Shown here: one piece after another, positions 1-11,574 of the stretch
How the letters are laid out: each line of letters opens with the position of its first letter
Numbering within the stretch: the stretch's first letter is position 1
Origin: Octopus bimaculoides
Lineage: Eukaryota
Assembly: GCF_001194135.2 (NCBI RefSeq)
Contig: NC_068982.1
Location: forward strand, 30,685,720 to 30,719,782
Length of the DNA stretch: 34,063 nucleotides
Direction: 5' to 3'
The notes under the pieces: model-generated
What the model was told of the DNA's origin: nothing
The model's input: the letters and a program-made list of their open reading frames with translations, nothing else
Databases searched by the model: none
Made by a program: the position numbers and the translations under genes

Positions 1-303
1 TCCTATCTAGTTCATTGACTCCTAAATACTTATATGGTTGGCTTTCGTCTAGTTCTCTTATTTCATTGGCTTTATCTAGTGTTATATTGCTGCTTTTAAC
101 TAATTTTCCTCTTTTCAGGGTTGCTTTGGCACATTTCTCTAATCCGAATTTCATTTCTATTTCCTTGGTAAAGCCGTGTACTGTCTGTAGTAGTGTTTCT
201 AGCTCTTAGTCGTTTTTTGCATATAATTTTAGGTCATCCATATATAGAAGGTGGCTGACTGTTTTTCCATAGCATTTGTAACCGCATCCAGTTCCATTTA
301 GCA

Positions 304-490
304 ATTATTATTATTATTATTATCATTATTATTATTATTATTATCATTATTATTATTATTATTACATATATATATATAAAATACATATACATACACATAC
401 ATACACACGCACGCACATATATATGTATACTTACATATTTATACATGTATATACATATAAATATACTTCTATGTACATACATATATGTGA
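304..490. repeat. (ATT)n followed by TA/CA dinucleotide microsatellites
   Basis: Directly visible. Confidence 0.95.
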
Positions 491-495
491 AGGTG

Positions 496-636
496 CATGG
501 TGGAGTGATCAGGATTTTGCATTCATGATCACAAGATCATGGGTTCAGTTTCTGGACCAGGCAGTATGTTGTGTTCTTGAGCAAAACACTTCCTTTCACA
601 CTGCCCCATTCCACTCAGCTGTAAATGGGTAACCCT
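496..636 (+). mobile_element. tRNA-derived SINE with CORE-like body (degenerate)
   Basis: A-box-like TGGTGGAGTGATC, B-box-like GGGTTCAGTTTC, then TGTGTTCTTGAGCAAAACACTT...CCACTCAGCTGTAAATGGGT, homologous to the copies at 2390 and 31875. Confidence 0.7.
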
Positions 637-699
637 GCAACAGAGAAGCCTTCTGATGAGATTGAATGATGACAGTTTACCCATCACATCCTGTATATA

Positions 700-719
700 C
701 AGTCATATATATAGACATA

Positions 720-761
<42 letters not shown>

Positions 762-978
762 TGTGTGTGTGTATATATATCTTATATATATCTTATATAT
801 ATATGTACACACACACACAGCAAAGCAACCCCAGGACTTACCCATCAGATGAATTTAGTGGGAGTACTCACTTAAGTAACCCTAGGTGTTCTTTACAACT
901 CAGTGTGGTTTGCCATAACCTGGATTATAACTGACTATTCATACAATATCTGCCTAGATAATTTATCCCCATCTATTC

Positions 979-1043
<65 letters not shown>

Positions 1044-1044
1044 G

Positions 1045-1075
<31 letters not shown>

Positions 1076-1220
1076 GTGTATATGCATATATAAAACAGCA
1101 GAGTTGTTGCACTCTTGGAGAAGCGGTTGGCTTCATCCCCCAACAAAACACATGCGCGCATGCACGCACATGCACACACACACACACACACACATACGCA
1201 CGCACGCACGCACACACATA
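700..1220. repeat. (TA)n, (TG)n and (CA)n microsatellite cluster
   Basis: Directly visible runs at about 700-820, 981-1090 and 1150-1220. Confidence 0.95.
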
Positions 1221-1650
1221 TTTTTGCACTCTGTAACTGAGCTTCTTGCTTCAGTGATTACTACACAAGAGTGTAGCAACCAAATCTCAACTCGCTCATT
1301 AATCTGAAAAAAAAAAACAAACAAACAAAAAGCAAGTAATCCAGAATTATGAAAGAATGAATCAGTAATTAGAAATGCATGAATAGACTCTGCTATGTGT
1401 ATTGAAATCATGTTGTCTTATTTGTTCCTCCAAATGCATATAACCTACACCACATGGTCAAGCATTATCAATGAATAGTGAACACAGTAAAATATGGAAC
1501 ACCCTCACAGTTACTTTACTGAAAATATTATGATGCCTTTCAGGATGTTTTGTGTTAAGTGTCTTATTGAAATGAACAGAAAACCTTAAAAAGCATATGA
1601 AATGAAAGGTCTATTTCTTTGAAAAATGTATCACTAATATATTTCCGTTT

Positions 1651-2034
1651 TTGTTGTTGACACTCCGTCGCTTATGACATCGAGTGTTCCAGTTGATCCG
1701 ATCAACGGAACAGCCTGCTCGTGAAATTAACGTGCAAGTGGTTGAGCACTCCACAGACACGTGTACCCTTAATGTAGTTCTCTGGGATATTCAGCGTGAC
1801 ACAGTGTGACAAGGCTGACCCTTTGAATTACAGGCACAACAGAAACAGGAAGTAAGAGTGAGAGAAAGTTGTGGTGAAAGAGTACAGCAGGGTTCGCCAC
1901 CATCCCCTGCCGGAGCCTCGTGGAGCTTTAGGTGTTTTCGCTCAATGAACACTCACAACGCCTGGTCTGGGAATCGAAACCACGATCCTATGACTGTGAA
2001 TCCGCTGCCCTAACCACTGGGCCATTGCACCTCC
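1651..2034 (-). mobile_element. Near full-length tRNA-derived SINE
   Basis: Minus strand starts GGAGGTGCAATGGCCCAGTGGTTAG (A box) and has GGTTTCGATTCC (B box); its 3' 170 bp matches the tail of the SINE at 32030-32165; ends in (AAC)n. Confidence 0.85.
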
Positions 2035-2299
2035 ACAATATACTTCCATACAAACTGCATCCAACAAAACAAGGATATTAAAACTTTTAAGACTGATATA
2101 AAGATCATAATGGAAAAAAGAAATAAAGAAACATAAGCAAATAACTTTGGATATCAATAACCGCTAAAACCTTTTAATTGCATACATGAATCCTTTAGAA
2201 ATTCTTGCCAAAGCTTCAGCTGAGCCCATAAAGGAAGTAACAAATCCATCTGTAAGTTGTGGGACTATATGTTTAAAAATAAAGGGTAAAGACCTACTT

Positions 2300-2560
2300 C
2301 AGTCATGAATGACCATGAAAGTTATCTTCTGAATAATAAGTCCAGTCAAGGTTGTGCATGGAAGACCAACAATCGCCCATGGATACCAGCCTCTATTCTC
2401 CATGCCAAAGGAAAGGCAAAAGCTGATACAACTGCTGAGTGAATTGCATCAACGTAAAATGAAGTGTCTTGCTCAAGAACTCAACACATTGCTTAGTCCA
2501 GGAATCGAACTCACTACCTCGTGATTGTGAGTCCAACACTCTAGCCTCTGAGCTATGTGC
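2300..2560 (-). mobile_element. tRNA-derived CORE-like SINE
   Basis: Minus strand GGCACATAGCTCAGAGGCTAG (A box), GAGTTCGATTCC (B box), then TGTGTTGAGTTCTTGAGCAAGACACTTCATTT. Confidence 0.75.
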
Positions 2561-3139
2561 CATATGTGTAAACATACTATATATGTAAATCCTAGTAATA
2601 TATGTACTAATCCTAGTATTATAAGTGTAGAAATACTATCCAGGTAAATACTAGCAATATATCTACTAACCCTGCTACAGTATGTGTAAATATGCTATAT
2701 ATGTGTGCCACTTGGGACATTGTTTTTAGGTATGTCCCACTTCAGTAGAAACAAACTCTTCTCATGGAAGTTTTAGCTGGGACAGTCTTCCTACTAAATC
2801 AAAGGCTTAGGTTTTTCCCTGAACATGACACTTTGCCTAGAAGTATGAGGACCAGTATCTGAGAAGAGTTATATATATTTTGTATCAATCAGTGAAGGGA
2901 ACTACCTCTATCCAGTCTTTGTGTAAATACTTGTAATTTATGTACGATTCATAGTTTATATAACATCATCAACAAAGAAAAAATAATTTTAAAAAATAGA
3001 TAATTAAAAATGGATCACAGAATGGAATGTCGAACCATGCTGTTGTTCTTCATAACTTTAAATATCTACAAAGATAACTAATTATACCTCTCCAACTGTG
3101 GATTGTTAAATCTCACCACAAGTAAATAGGTTGTAAGTC

Positions 3140-3586
3140 TGCTAAAGGTTGGCACTGAAAGGGTGCCACACAATTCCTTACATAAATGCTAGAAGGAAAA
3201 ATATCGGAACAAGAAAACATCCAAACAAAAACAATCCTTTTATTTTGTATGTACAAGATTTACACCTTGGGACAATCAGTAGCCAGGTCTGGTGTGGAAG
3301 CAGCAAAGTCGGAGTTAATCATACTTTGTGAAGGTATTCTTCCCAGAACTCCAGCTACACAGAGCTGGTCAAATACCGAGTGCCTTAGGTCAGCAGCAAA
3401 GGTGAACAAAGAGCTGCTGAGGACACGTCTGCATAGTTCAGCTGCTGCGTCTCAAGTCCGAGATACAAGAGAACTCTGCTGCTGCTAGTTTTCTGTGCAT
3501 GCACATCGGAGACCTTTTGGCAGGCCTTCCAGAAGGTTCCAACCCTGCGCATGCATGCTGGAGACCCTCAAAATGACGTCACAACA
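3140..3586 (-). mobile_element. Solo LTR (447 bp) inserted in PLE relic 1
   Basis: TG...CA termini (minus strand TGTTGTG...TTTAGCA); 5-bp target duplication AAGTC (3135-3139) / AGGTC (3587-3591) with one mismatch; AATAAA on minus at 3238-3243; PLE motifs resume on both sides. Confidence 0.65.
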
Positions 3587-4478
3587 AGGTCATAGTTAGA
3601 AAGCATTTTCTCAACTCTATAATCTTAAAGATTAAGCATGTCAAAAAAATTACTGCAATGGAACAGCAGTGGCATTGTAACTAAGTGGTTTGGAAGAATA
3701 GAAAATAAAGCACTTGGAAGATTCTCCTACTTTGATATAGAAGAATCTTAACCACCAATTTCAATATCCTTTCTGCAGAAAGAATTAGAATTCAGAAAAA
3801 CATTTTCTGCTTTTAGCAAGATTGGTGTCAGTAAAATAATGACACTAAGAAGGCTCTGTTATTATCTGCCAGCATCTTTGGTAAGCCTTTTGATACATCC
3901 ATGGGTAGTTTGAATGATGTTGATGTCTGTATATGAACTTGAAGGCTTGAATATCTCAGGCATACTAGGAAAAAGAAAAGACTTTTCCTGCATTGGTTTA
4001 GATAGAAATGAGAATAGACTAGCAATCTCCCAATATGTAAATGGCCAAATCATAGATAAATTTTTAAGAATGTTATGTTTAGGTTTAAGAAATTTAATTT
4101 AAAATTCACCATCTGCATCATTTTAAGAAATATCATTTTCTCTAGATCTCATGTTAGACTTCACTACAAATAATTACTTACCTTATAGAAATCTAAATGG
4201 AAATATATTATTCATAAATAAAAACTCTAACCATCTGCTCACAGTCATAAAACAAACTTAGTAAATGACTTTATCATAGAAATATTGAATCTGTTTTCTG
4301 ACAAAAATCAATTACTCTGTGCTCCATTATAATGATAAAAAGAAAAGAAGTGGGTTTGTAGAAACAATAGAATACATAAAAGAAGCCCCTTAGTGTATGA
4401 CAATTAAGAATACTATACATCAAGGGGCTTAACAAGATACTCATGTAGTATGTGTACAGTGTCTAATATACATACATA

Positions 4479-5725
4479 TTAGGTTGGCCCAAAAGTTTGT
4501 TCCCTTTTCTCCTTGGTGTGTATATACTCATTAGATACTTGATACCATTCACTTTTTTCCTTGGTTTATGAATACTTGTTAAATATCTGACACACTAACG
4601 TAATTCAATGCAAACTTCTGATGAGACCGGTTGTATTTTTTGTGCCTGAGATCACCTTGAAAATGGAGAACCAAAATGAACATTATCAACATGTCATGTT
4701 TTTATATTTTAAGAAAAGCAAGAATGCATTGCAAAAATCTACAGGAAGATACATGCTGTGTATGGAGAAAACACTCTTATGGAACATGTATGCCAGAAGT
4801 CATTTTCAAGATTTCAATTGGGAAATTTTTCCTTTCAAGTTGTACCTCACTCTGGCCAGCCAAATAAGATTAACAGCAACAAAGTGAAGGAGTTAGTCAA
4901 GACCAACAACTGTTATATGACCAGGAATGATTATGCATATGCTCCAAATATCCAAATCAAGTGTTGAAACCCATCTGCATCAATTTGGTTATGTCAGCGG
5001 GCTTAATGTTTGTGTCTTACATTAGTTGAATGAGGAGAAGCTGGTCCAATGAATGACCATCTTCAGTTTGTTGCAGATGCATGAAGAAAATTATGCATTT
5101 TTGAAGAGAGTGGTAACAGGGAATGGAAGGCGGATTGTCTATAACAATATGAAATGCAAAGGTTCATGGAGGAATCATGATGAATCACCACAAGCACTTC
5201 TAAGCAGGACATCACTTGGAGAAGGTCATGCTTTCAATTTGGTTGGATTAGAAGGGTGTTGACTTTTATTAGCTTCTTCCCATAAATGAGACCATCAATT
5301 TGGATATCTACTATGACCAGCTGGACAAATTAAATGCAGTAATCCACCAGAAGGGTCCATCACTTGCTAATTTTAAGGGCATTGTCTTCCATCACAACAA
5401 CGCCAGACCACACATTCCTTTTCAGATGTGACAGAAGAAGCAGGGGATTGGCTGGGAAGTATTGCCATACCCTCCACATTCATCCAACCTTGTACCTTTA
5501 GATTTCCACCTGTTTTGGTTTCTTCAGAATCCATTGAATAGACAGATCTCCAGCTCTGAAGAGGATGTCAAAATTCACCTGGAAAAGTTCATTTCTAGTG
5601 AAAGCATGAAATATTCTTTCACCAGGGAGTAATTGATCTGCCCACAAAACTAACTGGAAACTATGTCACTGATTGAATAAATTAATCTATGTCTAAAACT
5701 TGTGTCTTGTTTTTGGCAAGCCCAA
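4479..5725 (+). mobile_element. Full-length decayed mariner transposon (about 1.25 kb)
   Basis: TA-flanked imperfect TIRs TA|TTAGGTTGGCCCAAAAG and TTTTGGCAAGCCCAA|TA; internal transposase relic. Confidence 0.92.
4663..5678 (+). pseudogene. Mariner DD34D transposase pseudogene
   Basis: MENQNEHYQHVMFLYFKK, HSGQP (RSGRP-like), FLKRVVTGN (TGDE-like), FHHNNARPH (HDNARPH-like), PLDFHLF (PSDYHLF-like); multiple frameshifts; the first two catalytic Asp codons now read Asn. Confidence 0.92.
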
Positions 5726-6235
5726 TACTTCATGTCAATGATAAAAATATATTTCTCTACTAACCACAAATATTATATTCTCTTTATCAAAAATAGTGTA
5801 AAGGTTAACTTAGCATTACCTTCCAAATACCTCAACATAACGAAAGTAATAGAACTAAAAGCACCTTAAGCTAACTTTCAGAACATAATCTAAGTAACAT
5901 CATATCCTTCCTACTAAATGGCAAATAATTCACAAATGTGCTAGTGTACATAGTTAAAATAAAATCAAGGATGATATTAAAATGAGCAATATACAGCTAA
6001 CAGAGAATACATTTAAAAAATAGCCATAAGCAACATACTTACTTCTTCAAGCCTAGACATAAAATAGATTTTGCTTCTCTACATCAATATGTCTGTAAAT
6101 TGGAGAGTAAAACAAGTTAATCTGGCTTATTGTAGAAACAGAAGCGTCATATTCTGACAGATCAAAAATTTGTAAGTTACATATGATTGAGAAATATAAT
6201 ATTAATACATACTTTCAAAATATTAAAAAACTCAG

Positions 6236-6355
6236 AGTGTGGTTTCAGGTTCAGTCCCACTCTATGGCACCTTGGGCAAGTATTTTCTACTATAGCCTAG
6301 GGCTGACCAAAGCCTTGTAAGTGGACATGTTAGACAGAAACTGAAAGAAGCCTGT

Positions 6356-6410
<55 letters not shown>

Positions 6411-6545
6411 NNNNNNNNNNTATATATATATATGTGTGTGTGTGTGTGGGTGTGCATGTGTGTGTGTGTCCTAATTTTTGTGTTTGTCCCCCACCACCAC
6501 TTGATAATTAGTGTTGGTGTGTTTACATCCTTGTAAACTAGTAGT
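6236..6545 (+). mobile_element. 5'-truncated CORE-like SINE with internal (TA)n/(TG)n
   Basis: CAGGTTCAGTCCCA..GGCACCTTGGGCAAG..CTACTATAGCC..AAACTGAAAGAAGCC, homologous to 8310-8560 and 10370-10810. Confidence 0.8.
6411..6420. other. Assembly gap (others at 19120-19138, 20880-21277, 25410-25419, 25908-26611, 28982-29424, 32802-33171)
   Basis: N runs. Confidence 1.
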
Positions 6546-6827
6546 GTCCAAATGGTCCAAAGGAGTATAGTACATCCAATTAAGATTTGTCACCCCTATC
6601 TCAATGTTGTGTCACAGCTGTAAGTGTTGATACATTCACTTGGTGGTATGGTTACTTCAGTGACAGACTCCATATCACTGGATAGATGCAGTGTCCATTA
6701 CAGAAGCATATTTCATACCATTAGACTTCCAACTGAAGTGTTGATAGTCTATATCACTACACTGGTATATTATTTTGTTATGTTATATCCCCATCCCCAT
6801 GTCCATCAGAGGATAGCACCTTGTAAC

Positions 6828-7275
6828 ATGTATTTTGGTGATGATATTGACCAAAGGCGAGTTAGTGAAGCAAAACTCCAGGAACTCACCACCAGATTGG
6901 AAAGAGCAGCAGCAGCTTATGGAATGGAACTTAGTTCAGAAAAGGGCAAGATTCTGATCAATAACCCCAAACAGAACATCAGCTAAAATCTTGTTGAACT
7001 AACTAACACTCTTTATGAAGCAGACAATTTTGAATACTTTGAAGTAATTTGAGCTGGGATGGCAGCTCATTAAAAAAGATAAAAGTAAAACTGGGTCCAG
7101 TCTCATCTACCATGATACAGCTGAATGTCTTATAGACTGCCATTAGTTTTCCTATAAAGCTCAAAGTGCAAAGGTCCTCATTAATGTTGATCCCTTCTTA
7201 CAAGTATGAAATCTGGATGCTTTCAGATGGCACAATGAATAATCCTGGTGTTTGAACACAAAGTTTTCTTGGTTG
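6828..7275 (+). pseudogene. RTE-clade LINE reverse transcriptase fragment
   Basis: MYFGDDIDQ..SEAKLQELTTRLERAAAAYGMELSSEKGKIL resembles LRFADDIDL..SEEELQ..YGMEIS.EKSK of RTE RT domains 5-6. Confidence 0.75.
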
Positions 7276-7279
7276 CTAC

Positions 7280-7590
7280 TCATTTTAAAACTGAAAGAAG
7301 CCTGCTGTATATATGCATGCATGCGTGTGTGTGTGTGTGTGTGTGTGTGTGCCCTTGTTTTCACATCACATTGAGGTTATTAACAAGAATCAATGTCATA
7401 TAAAGGATATTGTATATTCTCAGTTTGCCATGAAGATAGTGTCTGGTCATGAGGAAATACTATGTTGCTTGGAAACTGGTGAAGGTTGGCAACAGAAAGG
7501 GCATCTGTTTGTTGAAAACCTACCACAAATTCTATGTGACTTAAGTAAACATGGAAAAGTGGGCATTAAAATAATGATGATAATGTAAGT
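7280..7590 (+). mobile_element. Partial SINE copy
   Basis: AACTGAAAGAAGCC, (TG)n, then TTGGAAAC..GAAGGTTGGCAACAGAAAGGGCATC..CATGGAAAAGTGGGC, shared with 7675-8140. Confidence 0.6.
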
Positions 7591-7674
7591 ATACCAATGG
7601 GACTAATGTAGTTCTTATTTTATTATCATTCATATCAATCAAATGTCAGTGATTAAACTGTTTTGAATTTGATT

Positions 7675-8080
7675 TAGGCATAGCTGAGTGATTAAGGAGT
7701 TTTCTTCCCAACTATATGGTTTCAGTGTTTAGTCCTATTGCATGGCATTTTGGGTAAGCATCTTCTACTATAGCGCCAGGCCAATCAAAGCCATGTGTGT
7801 AGATTTGGTAGGTGATGTTTATGTCTCCTTGTCTTGACATCACAAAATAGTTGTTTGTGTCACTGTCATACAAGCTGTGTTATTCACTTCCTACAGTCTG
7901 CATAAACATGCCTGGCTAAGTTGGAAATATTACCTTGTTTGGAAACAAGTGAGGGTCGATGACAGGAAAGGGGCCATCCAGCCATAAAAAGTCTGCCTCA
8001 ATAAATTCTGTATGCCCCTGCAAGCGTGGAAAAGTGGGCATCAATGCTATTGATGATGACAATAATGAAAAGGAGGATTC

Positions 8081-8127
<47 letters not shown>

Positions 8128-8140
8128 GGTGATGATGATA
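7675..8140 (+). mobile_element. tRNA-head CORE-like SINE with long tail ending in (GAT)n
   Basis: TAGGCATAGCTGAGTGATTAAG head, CTACTATAGC body, GACAGGAAAGGGCCATCCAGCC tail, (GAT)n at about 8083-8140. Confidence 0.7.
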
Positions 8141-8309
8141 CTATTAATTGTGTCTTCAGATTTCAAGATTGACTGAAGTTTTATATTTAATGGCTTCTCA
8201 AAGAGGAACTAATCACTATTATTTGATTGTCTTAATGATTAATGCTAATTAAGAAAGATAAAATTTATGTCTCATATTTTTCTATCTTTTTATTGTTTCT
8301 GTCATTAGA

Positions 8310-8560
8310 CTGTGGCCAGTCGATCTCTTTTGCTGAACTGCTAAGTTACATGGACTTAAACACACCAACACCAGTTGTCAAGCACGCACACACACACACA
8401 CACACATGAAGGGCTTCTTTCAGTTTCTGTTCACCAAATCCACTCACAAGGCTTTGGTCAGCCCAACGCTATAGTGGAAAATACTTGCTCAAAGTGTCAC
8501 TCAGTGGGCATGAACCTAGAACCATGTGGTTAGGAAGCAAACTTCTTACCACACAGCTTT
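8310..8560 (-). mobile_element. CORE-like SINE
   Basis: Reverse complement of the 10370-10810 family; minus strand GTGTGGTAAGAAG head and GGTTCATGCCC B-box-like motif. Confidence 0.8.
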
Positions 8561-9214
8561 AAATTATTTCTAATTTCAAATGTTTTCAGTTCTGCTGAGG
8601 TGTAACCTTACTTAAAAAAGATATATAAATGTATTAAAACTTTTTGGCAATAATCTATCTCAAAGCTAATCTTTCTTTCATGCATGTAAACTGTATTACT
8701 ATTATGTTACATTTATATCTCATAAGATTCCTTGTGAAAATAGTGTACAAGAAAATGAAACTTCAAAACTTTATGACGAAGACTTTCCAATATTTTCTTT
8801 CTTGGCTCTAACAAGAGTGCCATTCATTTCTTTAGGGCAACGGTGGGATGTTCTTTTTCCTGTTTGCTTCTGTAAAAGTAGCGTCCTAATTTCTTCTAGA
8901 AATATTTATATATTTAGTTCAGTTTTGTTATAAATAAGACCACATTACGTTATTTTATGAAAATCCTTTTCAATACATTTTAATTAGATTTTCTTGTTTT
9001 GCAAAAAAACTCCTGTAGTTCTATAAGTCTGCATGGCAAAATCTTCAAAGAGATCTTTGAATATGGCCTTCAGCAACAACCTCATTATTGTAAAAGCAAA
9101 CAGTGTTACAGTCATTTATTTTTTATTCTTGTATATTATTTTTCGTTTTTGTATATCTATTTAGCTCCCTGAATTGGTTTCCGTTTTCTTTCCTAAATTT
9201 TCACTGTATAATAC

Positions 9215-9253
9215 AAACACACACATGCACGTGCACACACACACACACACACG

Positions 9254-9299
<46 letters not shown>

Positions 9300-9625
9300 T
9301 ACAGAGCTTCAGTTCGATTTTGAGTATCCCATCTATATGGTTATTTAATTACTAGAGACACAATTTTACTGTCACAGTCTTGATCATTTTCAGAATTTCT
9401 TGACTGATTTTCAATGAAAGCCAAATCGAGATGGTTGAGTGTGAATGTCGAAGTTGATACTACTGTCTTTGCAGAGCATCAATTTCAGTTGTAAAGCCTA
9501 TTGAGTTACCTGCCTGCAGGAGGGAGGCGCAGCCGTACAAATACACATACATATGCACACACTTGCACATGTACACGCAGACATATATACATATCTTCTC
9601 ATTCAAATAAAAGCATGTGTGTGTG

Positions 9626-9667
<42 letters not shown>

Positions 9668-9744
9668 AACACATACACACACACACACACACACACTCAT
9701 ATATATGCATATATATTGTATATATATATGTATATACATGTATG

Positions 9745-9783
<39 letters not shown>

Positions 9784-9820
9784 CACATAAATATATATCT
9801 TTCTATACAGAGACATATAG
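9215..9820. repeat. (CA)n and (TA)n microsatellite clusters
   Basis: Runs at about 9215-9300 and 9540-9820. Confidence 0.9.
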
Positions 9821-10369
9821 CTGTGAAGAGAGCATGAATATTAATAGAACTCCTGAAGGGGGTCTTCCAACCTATTTTACCTAACACTTTCTTTAATGTG
9901 GAGGACCCAACAAGGGTAATTCAAGTGATATCAGAATAGGAAATAGAATTATTTACGCTCACCAGTTTTCCATGTAAATTGTTAAATCAAACACAGCAAC
10001 ATATATGCCATAGGGGTGTATGCATGCAAGATTAGTTTTGACATCTGAATAATCAGGTTGAAACGAAAAGGATACTTGATTCAAATTTTGCTCATAACAT
10101 TCAGCATATATGTGAAGTTGAAGTATATTTGCAGAGTAAATTAAAAGTTTACCTTTGTGTATCTCAAATATTGCTCATTCCATTCTCTGTATGCTGGTCT
10201 TCTCACTCCAAATGTTAATGACCCGCCAGATATTTAAAACGAGTAAATTTACTTTTGTACTACTTGTATCACAAGAACAGTGTTAGATATCCAAATAGTT
10301 AATAAATAAATAAGTAATTCAAGAATTTATGAGAAATGGCTAAATTTGTTAGAAGAAATTGAACAGATG

Positions 10370-10810
10370 CAGGTATGGCTGTGTGGTAAGAACAACATGG
10401 TTCTAGGTTCAATATCCCTGCATGACACTTTGGGCAAGTGTCTTTTACTATAGCTCTGGGCCAACCAATGCTTGTGAGTGGATTTGGCTGATGGAACCTG
10501 AAAAAAACCTCTTCATATTTATATTTATATAGCTGTGTGTGTGTGTGTGTGTGTGATGTGCATATGTATATATCTATGTGTGTCTTTGTATTAGTGTTTG
10601 TGTTTGTCTTCTACCAATGCTTGACAGTTAGCGTTGGTTTGTTTATATCCTTGTAACTTAGCGGTTCAGCATAAGAGACTGATACAATAAATACCAGGCT
10701 AGAAAGAAAAAAAAAAATAAAGAGAATTGGGGTCAATTCATTCAGCTAAAACCTTCCAAAGTGGTGTCCCAGCATGGCCACAGTCCAATGATTGCAACAA
10801 ATAAAGATAA
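10370..10810 (+). mobile_element. Near full-length CORE-like SINE
   Basis: GCAGGTATGGCTGTGTGGTAAG (A box), GGTTCAATATCC (B box), CACTTTGGGCAAGTGTC, internal (TG)n, tail GGTGTCCCAGCATGGCCACAGTC..AAATAAAGATAA. Confidence 0.85.
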
Positions 10811-10941
10811 GCTAGACCAAGTGCATGCAGGTTCAAGCCTAACACAAGGATGTGCATACATGTATCACATTGGGAAAACCTTGCAAAAAACAGGAAGATG
10901 TTACTTACAATATCGTATACTCTTTCCAGTATAATATCTTA

Positions 10942-11172
10942 TTCCTTTACTGCCCACAAGGGGCTACACACAGAGGGGACAAACAAAGATAGACAAACGG
11001 ATTAAGTCGATTATATCGATCCCAGTGTGTAACTGGTACTTATTTAATTGACCCCAAAAGGAGGAAAGGCAAAGTCAACCTCGACGGAATTTGAACTCAG
11101 TACATAGCGGCAGATGAAATACAGCTAAGCATTTCATTCGGCATGCTAACGTTTCTTCCAGCTCGCTACCTT
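10942..11172 (-). mobile_element. Full-length type B SINE (GCCTTTCATCC family) with 21-bp target-site duplication
   Basis: Homologous to 22104-22340; perfect TCTTTCCAGTATAATATCTTA at 10921-10941 and 11181-11201. Confidence 0.9.
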
Positions 11173-11206
11173 CCAGTATATCTTTCCAGTATAATATCTT
11201 ACCTGT

Positions 11207-11275
11207 GTAGATGCATGGCCTAGTGGGTAGGGTTTTCAGCTTATGACCATATAGTTGTAGGTTCAAAACCAAATG
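11207..11275 (+). mobile_element. Isolated tRNA-like SINE head
   Basis: GCATGGCCTAGTGGGTAG (A box) and GGTTCAAAACC (B box). Confidence 0.55.
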
Positions 11276-11399
11276 CATTATGTTTAAAGCAATGTGTTCA
11301 TGCTAGTATTCAGTCAGGTTTTCTTTCTTTTGAATTTTATTTAATCCTGATTACCATGTAAAACTTGCTTTTTGATCATTTGTTCAAAATGCTTTGTGG

Positions 11400-11555
11400 T
11401 ATTTCTTCTGCTTTTATATTCAGAGTTCAAATTTTGCCAATGCTAACTTTGCTTTTCATCCTTTTAAGGTTGATGAAATAAGAACTGGTAGGGGTAGTCA
11501 TGTAATCAACTAGCACTCTTCCCCCAAATTTCAGGCCTTGTGCCTCTCATTGCTT
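11400..11555 (+). mobile_element. 5'-truncated type A SINE (GCCTTTCATCC family, CAGGCCTTGTGCC tail)
   Basis: GAGTTCAAATTTTGCC..TTTGCTTTTCATCC..CCCAAATTTCAGGCCTTGTGCC. Confidence 0.75.
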
Positions 11556-11574
11556 TTGTTGTTATTGAAACTAT

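Larger units (their letters stand above)
2960..6225 (+). pseudogene. Penelope-like element relic 1 (RT plus GIY-YIG endonuclease), interrupted by a solo LTR and a mariner
   Basis: Collinear decayed PLE motifs with stops and frameshifts: DHRME..FITL (about 3012-3060), QWNSSGIVTKWFGRIENK..FDIEES (about 3655-3750), FDTSMG (about 3890), IGLDRN (about 3992; IGLYRDD-like), SNH (4226), then after the mariner FSTNHKYYILFIKNSVKV (about 5752-5808), PLNGK..VLVY (about 5910-5950), LTENTFK and ASYSDRSKICKLHMIEK (about 6140-6195). Confidence 0.85.

Noticed and set aside
648-690. CTGATGA followed by a weak stem (also minus strand at 17618-17624)
   Set aside because: No GAAA or stem III follows, so a hammerhead cannot be supported.
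9019-9088. Possible 70-nt exon (SISLHGKIFKEIFEYGLQQQPHY) between AG and GT
   Set aside because: Weak splice signals and no recognisable homology; needs RNA-seq.
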